A DNA stretch of 64,000 nucleotides, taken from the NCBI GenBank assembly GCA_965276005.1, contig OZ254962.1:2890699-2954698 (forward strand), in the 5' to 3' direction. The position numbers were made by a program, and so were the translations under genes. Shown here one piece after another: positions 50,864 to 59,023 of the stretch (positions are counted from its first letter, which is position 1; every line of letters begins with the position of its first letter). Source of the stretch: Alphaproteobacteria bacterium (lineage in GTDB: Bacteria; Pseudomonadota; Alphaproteobacteria; JAQWUY01). The notes under the pieces were generated by a model. It was not told the DNA's origin. It saw only the letters and a program-made list of their open reading frames with translations, and did not search any database.

Positions 50864-50894
50864 ACGCAATATACCTTACGCACCCTAGTGCAAC
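50864..50894 (-). other. Candidate oriT nic site (MOBF-like)
   Basis: Minus strand GTTGCAC-TAGG-GTGCGTAAGGTAT^ATTGCG: a hairpin then TGCGT..GGT.T^A, resembling R388/IncN nic sites as recalled. Nick predicted between 50871 and 50870. Confidence 0.6.
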
Positions 50895-50952
50895 AGACCG
50901 CAAACCATTATATATCAACAGGTACAGCGAATTCGACTCGAAAAAATAGCCG

Positions 50953-51160
50953 TGATACAAATGATACATTGTATCATAAAAATGCGTTACATAAAAAATA
51001 TGTACAATCACATTGTAAATAAAGATTAAAAATGCTATAAATAAATTGCTGTATGATACAAATGATACAATGTATCACAAAGCTGCGTTACATTATGATA
51101 CATTGTATTACGCAAATGTGATACAATGTAACGCAAATTATGATATAAATATGACACAAA
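50953..51160. repeat. TGATACA direct and inverted repeat cluster (candidate relaxosome accessory protein sites)
   Basis: tgatacaaatgatacattgtatca at 50953 and a near-identical copy at 51054, plus further tgataca/tgtatca units. Confidence 0.75.
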
Positions 51161-51190
51161 TTTTACGACATTGATTAGAATGGACGGCTT

Positions 51191-51502
51191 ATGAAAAAAC
51201 ACATTACAATACACATCAGAATAGAAGATAATTTGCACCAAAAAATAGAGAAATCATGCAGACAAATCAAGATGTCAAAATCTGATTTTATCAGGGGTAT
51301 TTTAGAAGAAAAATGCGACCAAATTTTAATGGGAAAAAGCAGCGATTATCATACTAGATTATTAGAAGAAATATTGTCTAGAACAGCCTTTAATCAAGCA
51401 CGGATTCATGAAGAATTGGAACAGGATAATCAAGGCAATACTCGTGACCATCGTTTTAGACTGTATGGCAAGGAAGTTTTAGAGCGTGTTAAAAAGGGAT
51501 AA
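51191..51502 (+). CDS. Ribbon-helix-helix protein (TrwA/MobC-like)
   Basis: HITIHIRIEDNLHQKIEKSCRQIKMSKSDFIRGILEE RHH pattern; next to the candidate oriT. Confidence 0.7.
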   Translation: MKKHITIHIRIEDNLHQKIEKSCRQIKMSKSDFIRGILEEKCDQILMGKSSDYHTRLLEEILSRTAFNQARIHEELEQDNQGNTRDHRFRLYGKEVLERVKKG

Positions 51503-51532
51503 AATATACAAAAAATAGGAGACTATCGGAGA

Positions 51533-51561
51533 TTGAATAATACATAAAAATATGCTATTAT
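51533..51561 (+). promoter_or_regulatory. Sigma70-like promoter of the DUF5131 operon
   Basis: TTGAAT-17-TATTAT with TG upstream of -10. Confidence 0.55.
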
Positions 51562-51582
51562 CATATTGTTAAGGAGTACGCT

Positions 51583-52368
51583 ATGGCTGAAAGCAAAATT
51601 GAATGGACAGACGCAACTTGGAACCCTGTGGCGGGGTGTTCCATCGAGTCTGCTGGGTGTAAAAATTGTTATGCGATGAATATGGCAAAAAGATTAGAGG
51701 CAATGGGTGTAGAAAAATATAAAGGGTTGACAAAAACAGTCAACGGTAATGCGGTTTGGACGAACAGGATTAGACTAGACGAACAAGCCCTGATGGTGCC
51801 GTATCGTTGGAAAAAAAAGCGGATGATTTTTGTAAATTCCATGAGCGATTTGTTTCACCCAGATGTCTTGGTAGATTTTATTAAAAAAGTATGGCAGGTT
51901 ATGGAACAAACTCCACAGCATAATTATCAAATATTGACAAAACGCCCTAAGAGAATGTTGGAAGTTTTGACAGAGTATGATTTTAAAATCCTTCCTAATG
52001 TATGGTTAGGTGCTACTGTAGAGAATTCTGATGTAGTTGACCGTATAGATCATTTACGATGTATCCCTGCTGTTGTTAGGTTTATTTCTTTTGAACCGTT
52101 AATTGGGTCGGTAGGCGATGTAAACCTTGAAAATATACATTGGGCAATTATTGGCGGTGAAAGTGGGCATAAAGCTAGACGCATGAAAGTTGAATGGATT
52201 GACGAAATCCACGAACAATGCAAAAAACACGATACAGTGTTCTTTTTCAAACAATGGGGAACATGGGGGGAAGATAATAAAAGACGCTCTAAAAAAGCAA
52301 ATGGACGAAGGTATAAAGGTGATTTTTGGAATGATATGCCAGATAAGAATATAGGAGTATCCACATAA
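51583..52368 (+). CDS. DUF5131 / phage Gp37Gp68 family three-Cys-motif protein
   Basis: SKIEWTDATWNPVAGC...GCKNCYA, FVNSMSDLFH, LTKRP, SFEPLIG, GGESG and FFFKQWG motifs. Confidence 0.95.
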   Translation: MAESKIEWTDATWNPVAGCSIESAGCKNCYAMNMAKRLEAMGVEKYKGLTKTVNGNAVWTNRIRLDEQALMVPYRWKKKRMIFVNSMSDLFHPDVLVDFIKKVWQVMEQTPQHNYQILTKRPKRMLEVLTEYDFKILPNVWLGATVENSDVVDRIDHLRCIPAVVRFISFEPLIGSVGDVNLENIHWAIIGGESGHKARRMKVEWIDEIHEQCKKHDTVFFFKQWGTWGEDNKRRSKKANGRRYKGDFWNDMPDKNIGVST

Positions 52369-52369
52369 T

Positions 52370-53647
52370 ATGGGAAATCCATTTGATTGGGAAAATGGTT
52401 TGGAATTAAAACCACATACACAAATAAAGCATGAGGTCGTTAGTGAATATTTACACCAATATATGCTTGTAAAATCTGCAAATCCTAGATGGACAGCAGG
52501 GAAATTTTTTATAGCTGAGGGATTTTGTGGGGCTGGAATGTATAAAGATAATAAAATGGGTAGCCCTTTAATATTGATGGACACTATGAAAAAAAGTATA
52601 GGTCAAATTAATACTCATAGAAAAGAACAAGGTATACATAAGGAATTTCAATTAGATATTAGCTATTTTTTTAATGACAATGATACACAAGCCATACAAA
52701 TGCTAGGCAAGTATATCAAAGACATTGGTTTTGAGACAGAAAAATATAGTCTATTTAGCCGTAATTTTATTGAATTTTTGCCGATTTTAACCAACCAACT
52801 TGCACAACAAAAATTTAAAAAAGGGATCATATTTTTGGATCAATCGGGTTTCACGGATGTCTATATTCCCTCTTTAGAGGCAATTAACTATCAATTCCCC
52901 GGTGTGGAAATCATTTTATATTTTGGAATGGATTGGTTTACAAGAATCATAGGAAAAGACAATGTGGAACAAATACAAAAATACATAAATAAGATGGGGT
53001 TAGACATAGATGCCAGATCATTTACAAAACTTAAAACCTATGACAAAAACTTACTTTGGGCAGGTACAAAACATCTTATATTTACCGCATTCAAGGAAGT
53101 AACAAAATATGAATATATATATATATATATATCAGACTTCCACATAGTCAACGATGATAATCCAACAGGACTGGGATATATGCTGGTTCATTTTTCAAAT
53201 GAATGGCGAGCCAGAGATAAAATGACAGAAGTATTGAGAAAAAAAGACAGTTTTGGCGATATAACTTCTGACCCATTGAAAAGATATATAGGATACAGTC
53301 ATAAATATGACATAAACCCTACTCTATTCATACAAAGTGATAGTATTTCCGACATGATTGTGCGGTGTGGAGTCAACTTCTTGGCAAAAGATATTAAAAA
53401 AGACGGCGTAAAGTATCAAGATGTCATTACTGGTGTTGCAGGATATGGTTCATATGCAACAGAACAAGAAATAAAAGAATCATTAGGCGTGTTATTAGAC
53501 TCAAAAGAAATTGATATATTTAATGCAAATGGTAATCGAGTTCGTACAACTAAAAATCTTAAAAAAAACGCTCATATCTGCCCAAAACCCCAAAAGCAAT
53601 TTTTATTCGTGAAAGATTTACAACAGAATAAAACTAAAAAGTCGTAA
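52370..53647 (+). CDS. tcmP: Three-Cys-motif partner protein TcmP (methyltransferase-like fold)
   Basis: HTQIKHEVVSEYL, EGFCGAGMY..GSPL and IFLDQSGF motifs; coupled to DUF5131. Confidence 0.85.
   Translation: MGNPFDWENGLELKPHTQIKHEVVSEYLHQYMLVKSANPRWTAGKFFIAEGFCGAGMYKDNKMGSPLILMDTMKKSIGQINTHRKEQGIHKEFQLDISYFFNDNDTQAIQMLGKYIKDIGFETEKYSLFSRNFIEFLPILTNQLAQQKFKKGIIFLDQSGFTDVYIPSLEAINYQFPGVEIILYFGMDWFTRIIGKDNVEQIQKYINKMGLDIDARSFTKLKTYDKNLLWAGTKHLIFTAFKEVTKYEYIYIYISDFHIVNDDNPTGLGYMLVHFSNEWRARDKMTEVLRKKDSFGDITSDPLKRYIGYSHKYDINPTLFIQSDSISDMIVRCGVNFLAKDIKKDGVKYQDVITGVAGYGSYATEQEIKESLGVLLDSKEIDIFNANGNRVRTTKNLKKNAHICPKPQKQFLFVKDLQQNKTKKS
53113..53132. repeat. (AT)10 dinucleotide repeat inside tcmP
   Basis: atatatatatatatatatat, translated EYIYIYIS, currently in frame. 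Confidence 0.85.
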
Positions 53648-53741
53648 TACATAATGTAGTTCATTACCCATATAGAGTATTTAAGACATGCAAATTACCA
53701 AATTTCCATTATTGTTCGATTAACTTCATGCGAATCTCTGA

Positions 53742-53836
53742 ATAGCGAGAAAGGCTGCCTAACAATGTTGGGCAACCTTTCTTATAAAATTACATGCAGA
53801 GGCAGCCTATAAAAGACCACAACGCTGTCTACATGT
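53742..53836 (-). ncRNA. Candidate ~90-nt two-hairpin small RNA
   Basis: TTGACA-18-TATAAA promoter (53868-53839, minus), then hairpins at 53836-53792 and 53782-53748; no ORF. Confidence 0.6.
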
Positions 53837-53957
53837 TCTTTATACCACATAGTATTTTGTCATGTCAACACCTAATTCTAAACTTTTTTACCTATTTACC
53901 ATGTTCCTTATGACATAAGGTCAAAAATATGATATTCATAAATGGTACTTTAATGGA

Positions 53958-55397
53958 ATGACAGAGGTAAACTACATGCAGAATATAGACGAATATATAC
54001 CCAATATCCCCTGCAAAACACAATATATATCCCGCACACGACTATACACATACTATGAGTTGTTAGACATACCGGAAGAATATACATTACGGGCATATCT
54101 TTGGAATAAGCGTATATCGGCTTCAATATCTCCTATTTTGCATACACTCGAAGTTACTTTACGGAATGCACTGAATATGGGTGTTTATGATCATCATAGT
54201 ATTTATAAAGATAATGAAATGTGGTTTTTAGATTTAATCATGCATCATCAAAACGCTATTATAGGACGCATGATTCGCAGAGATAGACAAAAATGGATAG
54301 ATTTCCATACTGGCAATCGTATAAAATATACATATTATGAGAGGCAAATCAGAAACCTGCAAAATAATGGCAAAAACGCAAATGATATTATTAGTCGATT
54401 GGAATTTGGATTTTGGACAAATTTATTAAGTCAAAAATACATAAAAGTAGAAAATAACACTCCAAGAGAAAAAACTCTGTGGCCAGAAATACTAAGTGAT
54501 GTTTTTCCAAATGTCGATGATAACATAGGCATTGAACCTATTTTTAAGAGATTTGAGGACATTAGAAAATTTCGCAACAGAGTAGCCCACAATGAGCCAA
54601 TATGGAAGTTTAATACTACCAACGATCAAGGCGAAACAATACCTGTTTATGGACTTAATGCAAGTTTACAAATTTTACGCAGAAATTATGAAGACATTGT
54701 TACTGCACTTAAATGGATTTCACCTGAAATTTATGAAGAATTTGTAAATTCTGGATTAAGGCAGGATTTTAATATGTTGTCCACTGTAGATGGCTTTTGG
54801 GCATGTGTTAATACCAACAGAGTAAAAAATACTTATTTCCTGCACCATTTTCTGAGTACAAAATATTATGCCAATAAAGACGAAATTGATAGTCATAGTT
54901 TATTATTAGAATGTCCACAATGTCATTATAATTCGATGATTCCAAACATTGATTTTGTGCATCACAAAAAATGCTTGTTATGTGATTATAATCCTGAGGC
55001 TATATATGTTAATTGCACCAACATGGTTAATAATGTGTCATGTAACCAAATTTTAGTTGTTGACGATATTGATATATCCATAGACTGTCCATCTTGTCAT
55101 AGTCATTATGATAAGGATTTAGTAGACAAGATGGTATATGATAAATATGCCATTCCAGAATGGATTATTACCCGTGAACTTTCCGATGGATGCGAAAATC
55201 TACAGGTATCTTGTGAAAATTGCAACTCCGAGGCGTTTGTTTATTTCGATCATGACTGTATAGTATGCCCAACTTGTCGTTTAGTTACATTTGGTATTGA
55301 AATATGTAATAATTGTTACGAATATTCGACAAGTCATAATGGCGTTTGTTGCAACAACTGCGAAGAGTCATACCATGAGTATATTAACAAAGATTAA
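53958..55397 (+). CDS. Abi-like HEPN protein fused to a Cys-rich multi-zinc-ribbon domain
   Basis: YISRTRL, YLWN, LEVTLRNAL, LEFGFW and HEPN RNRVAHNEPIW motifs; C-terminal CxxC pairs. Confidence 0.85.
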   Translation: MTEVNYMQNIDEYIPNIPCKTQYISRTRLYTYYELLDIPEEYTLRAYLWNKRISASISPILHTLEVTLRNALNMGVYDHHSIYKDNEMWFLDLIMHHQNAIIGRMIRRDRQKWIDFHTGNRIKYTYYERQIRNLQNNGKNANDIISRLEFGFWTNLLSQKYIKVENNTPREKTLWPEILSDVFPNVDDNIGIEPIFKRFEDIRKFRNRVAHNEPIWKFNTTNDQGETIPVYGLNASLQILRRNYEDIVTALKWISPEIYEEFVNSGLRQDFNMLSTVDGFWACVNTNRVKNTYFLHHFLSTKYYANKDEIDSHSLLLECPQCHYNSMIPNIDFVHHKKCLLCDYNPEAIYVNCTNMVNNVSCNQILVVDDIDISIDCPSCHSHYDKDLVDKMVYDKYAIPEWIITRELSDGCENLQVSCENCNSEAFVYFDHDCIVCPTCRLVTFGIEICNNCYEYSTSHNGVCCNNCEESYHEYINKD

Positions 55398-55435
55398 ATG
55401 TGTACATGTCACAGTATATCTTTCAAGAGATACCA

Positions 55436-57307
55436 TTACAAATTTTTGGAGTATATTTTTTCTTCAATGAGATCATAACATTTTCGTGCCAGTGTTGTTT
55501 CATCATTTGTAATGTGTCTATTCAGCCATAAAATTAAAGCATAATCTCGAATAACTTTATACATTGCCAAAGCGTTAGAAGAATCTTTTATATCTCCTGT
55601 ATTCTTTATCCACTTATCAATGCTAAACATATCAGTATTTGTTTTATCCGCATCGTAATTTCTTAAATTATTTAGATCCCACTTTTCATTCTTTTGAAAT
55701 GCCTTGTAATATTGCTCATCTTTTAACACATCTTTTTTAATAAATCTTTGCATTTCATCAGATGGGGTGCAGATGACACGGATGTATTGTTGAAAATCTT
55801 CTCTATCTCGTATAAAGCCATACTCTATATCCTTTTCGCATAATTTTAACTGAGATAACGCCACAGAGTCCCGAATACCTTTGTTGCCAATCTTGAAATA
55901 TAAATCAGGTTTCATATGCCTTAGCATGAACATAAACATAAAAGTTATAATATGGATTTCTTTGGATTCCCTTGTAGCAGTCGTTGTATTATACTGATCC
56001 AGCCAACCAAGATTAAAATGTTGTAAAATACTATCATGATTGAAAGATGTACCAAAAAACTTTTGCCAAGAATATCGCATGGCATTAGATTCTCTGAGAG
56101 AAGGCATTAATAAACATTGCCTTACCATTATGTCGGTATTGCCTGTTACATTTAACTTATAATCCTCTGTTTCTGTTGTTTCAGGTAATATAAACTGCAC
56201 ATCAACGAATTTCCGCAAATAATCTTCATTCGATGACTGTACCCCATATACACTTTCCACACAGGCTTTTAAGCGGTTGTCGTCTGTTGCAATTACAAAT
56301 ATAACATCATCGATACTGAAAATATGTTTAATAACTTCTAATACTTGAATAGCATAATCAGGTCGGCATCGGTCTAATTCGTCGATGAAAATAATAATGC
56401 GTTTTTTTGATTCTTTGGATTTATTTCTTATAGTATATTTGATTTTTGTAATTATTGATTCTGGTGTGTCTGTATCTTCTTTAAAAATCATGTCACCCAA
56501 TTTAAGTGGTACAGGGACACCTGTGGTTACTGTTGAAAGAATGTTAGGCATTATATTTGCAATAGATTTTAATCTCGAAATATTTAGGTCTTTTACTTCG
56601 TCACCAATAAACTTATGTTTGTTAAATGCGTCTAGTAAAAATAACAACGGATTATCATAATAATCCTGCTCCCATATATTGAGATAAATAGGATATGTGC
56701 TATCTGTGTTCAAGGTAATTTCACAGCGTTCCAGAAAACAAGTTTTTCCTTCCCCATATCCCGCTGCTAATTCAACGATACTGGGTGATTGTGATGTTGT
56801 TAAATACTTACAAAAAAACTTCCCAAATTGTTCCCGTCCCAAAGAATTATCCCATGGGTTTGCAGGATCTATTGGACAGTTATTTGTGTCTGTTATATCA
56901 ATGTGGTATGTTACTTCTTTTGGATGTAGTACTTTATCTGCGTATTTGTCCATAATATCTAGGGCAATTCCCATGCTTAATTTGTGTTTTGCCACTAAGA
57001 ACCGCAATCGTAAATCGTTGGCGTTGTCGATCTGTTGATCGCCACTTTCCCAACGGCGGACAGTACGGACATTTACATTAAACGAGTCCGCTAATTCCTG
57101 TTGCGTTTTATGCAGGCTTTTTCGTAGTTTTTTGCATTCTTCCCCATTTAAAGACCCGTTTTTGTGAATCACCTCTGTGATTATGGTTTTGTTTAAAGAT
57201 GCAGGGATTGTGTAGCACACTTCCCCTTCGTCATCTACATAAGAATCAATACCCGTTACATCCAAGTTGGATAAACCGAATATTTTATATGGAAATACTT
57301 TTGTCAT
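55436..57307 (-). CDS. HTH antitoxin-like domain fused to a KAP-family P-loop NTPase
   Basis: N-terminus LRKSLHKTQQELADSFNVNVRTVRRWESG; KAP motifs LGREQF, AGYGEGKT, IFIDELDRCRP and YLRKFVD. Confidence 0.88.
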   Translation of the reverse strand: MTKVFPYKIFGLSNLDVTGIDSYVDDEGEVCYTIPASLNKTIITEVIHKNGSLNGEECKKLRKSLHKTQQELADSFNVNVRTVRRWESGDQQIDNANDLRLRFLVAKHKLSMGIALDIMDKYADKVLHPKEVTYHIDITDTNNCPIDPANPWDNSLGREQFGKFFCKYLTTSQSPSIVELAAGYGEGKTCFLERCEITLNTDSTYPIYLNIWEQDYYDNPLLFLLDAFNKHKFIGDEVKDLNISRLKSIANIMPNILSTVTTGVPVPLKLGDMIFKEDTDTPESIITKIKYTIRNKSKESKKRIIIFIDELDRCRPDYAIQVLEVIKHIFSIDDVIFVIATDDNRLKACVESVYGVQSSNEDYLRKFVDVQFILPETTETEDYKLNVTGNTDIMVRQCLLMPSLRESNAMRYSWQKFFGTSFNHDSILQHFNLGWLDQYNTTTATRESKEIHIITFMFMFMLRHMKPDLYFKIGNKGIRDSVALSQLKLCEKDIEYGFIRDREDFQQYIRVICTPSDEMQRFIKKDVLKDEQYYKAFQKNEKWDLNNLRNYDADKTNTDMFSIDKWIKNTGDIKDSSNALAMYKVIRDYALILWLNRHITNDETTLARKCYDLIEEKIYSKNL

Positions 57308-57319
57308 GTATATTCTCCT

Positions 57320-57625
57320 TTATGTGTTCCAATAGACAGTAACAATTTTAATGCCGTACCGTTCGTCTGGAACAATAGTAATTACCATTGCCATTTGTGC
57401 ATCAATGGTGTCGTAAATTTCATACTTCCAACACTTATTTTGCCCCATTGCCCTAATGGGCTTACATGTACCATTTTGTAGGATATGTTCGATAGTATCC
57501 AAATCAAAATCCCGTTCGACTATGCGTTGTAAAGCATGTTGTGTATACTGCACATCCACACCATCCGCCAACATGTCAGACAGCATTTTCATTATATCAT
57601 GTGGGTCAAAATCTGTGTTTTGCAT
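57320..57625 (-). CDS. DUF4258 (RelE/MqsR-like) putative toxin
   Basis: YTQHALQRIVERDF..IEHILQNG..WKYEI..IKIVTVYW. Confidence 0.78.
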   Translation of the reverse strand: MQNTDFDPHDIMKMLSDMLADGVDVQYTQHALQRIVERDFDLDTIEHILQNGTCKPIRAMGQNKCWKYEIYDTIDAQMAMVITIVPDERYGIKIVTVYWNT

Positions 57626-57690
57626 AGTGGTATTGTAGGACATTTTGTCCTGTTATACAAGAAAAAAATTGCATTTTGCATATTTTTACA

Positions 57691-58012
57691 GGGGCTGGCA
57701 TAGATAATTAACCAGAAATGAGTTATAATGTTATCTATGAGGTTTAGAAAAAGCAAAATTATTTGGTACAAACAAAAGCAGTTAATTGAGCATTTTATTG
57801 CAGGAACGACTGCTCGATGTGCTAGTGAGTTATTGGACATGAATCGCAATACGGTTACTCTATATTTTCGTCATTTACGAGAGATTATTGCTTATGAACT
57901 AGAACAGCAAGGAATGTGAGTGGCGATTTAATCACAGTGATTTTAAGTCGCAAAAAAGACAATTAAAACAGTGGGCTAGAAAATATTTAAGTTAGTTATC
58001 TATGCCAGCCCC
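57691..58012 (+). mobile_element. Internally deleted (MITE-like) copy of the IS1016-group element at 17111
   Basis: Both TIRs intact, 322 bp; transposase 5' end fused to the 3' end at ..GAACAGCAA/GGAATGTGAG. Confidence 0.9.
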
Positions 58013-58643
58013 TAGATTATTTTATTGCAGGTTCTACGGTGAGATGTGCCGGTGAATTGATTGGTGTTCACCGCAATACTGCTATATTATATTTTCGTCA
58101 TTTACGAGAGATAATAGCTTATGAACTAGACCAACAAAGCGATGAATTATTTGGGGGTGAGATAGAAGTAAACGAAAGTTATTTTGGTGGTACCCAAAAG
58201 GGCAAACGAGGATGGGGTGCAACCGCCAAGACGCCTGTATTTGGCTTGCTTATAAGGGGTGGCAAGGTTTATACACAGATGATACCCGATGCAAGTAGCG
58301 ATACTTTAATCCCAATTATTGAAAGTGAAGTTGTTCCTGATAGTATTGTATATAGTGACGGTTGGAAAGGATATAATGCTTTGGATGTCAAAGATTTTCA
58401 CCATATGCGGATTAACCATAGTACGGAGTTTGCAGATGGTGATAATCACATAAATGGTGTTGAGAAATTTTGGAATCAAGCCAAACGCCATATGCGAAAA
58501 TATAATGGTATTGCTAATCACAATTTTGTGCTATACTCGAAAGAGTGTGCAAGGCGATTTAATCACTGTGGTTTTAAATCGCAGAAAAAGCAATTAAAAC
58601 AATGGGTAAAAGCATATTTATGTCAGGTATCTATGCAAGCCCC
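58013..58643 (+). mobile_element. Diverged IS1595/IS1016-group element, left end lost
   Basis: Transposase 58039-58647 with EVNESYFGG (D to N) and HINGVEKFW; right TIR TATCTATGCAAGCCCC. Confidence 0.88.
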
Positions 58644-58659
58644 ATAATCTATTAACTGC

Positions 58660-58999
58660 TCTTGCTTGTATGTCGAGGGTAGAACGCACCTTTGCGATGT
58701 ATAAAGTTCACTACAAGTTATCAAAGACCCGTTTTGTGGGCTTGACAAAGAACACGACCTTTTACGGCACAGTAGCCATAGCCCACAACATCCAAAAAGG
58801 GGCAAGTTTTCTAAGTAAATACGGTATCCCCACCCCAAAAACCACAGGGTGAATCTGTCTAAAATCTAAAAACACACCCTATTTTAAGCATATTTTACGA
58901 CAGCGAATAAAAAATACACCAACATAACGAAAAACATTTGACATCATAAAACAAAATATGTATGCTTAAGCCAATAGACCAACCTTATGGGAAGGTCTC
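58660..58999 (+). mobile_element. IS5-family transposase 3' remnant and right end
   Basis: RVERTFAMYK..KTRFVGLTKN; ends AAGGTCTC; 303 bp near-identical to 61744-62046. Confidence 0.8.
58938..58966 (+). promoter_or_regulatory. Outward promoter in the IS5 end, upstream of the protease gene
   Basis: TTGACA-17-TATGCT. Confidence 0.65.
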
Positions 59000-59023
59000 T
59001 TTAAATTTTTATTTGAGTATATT

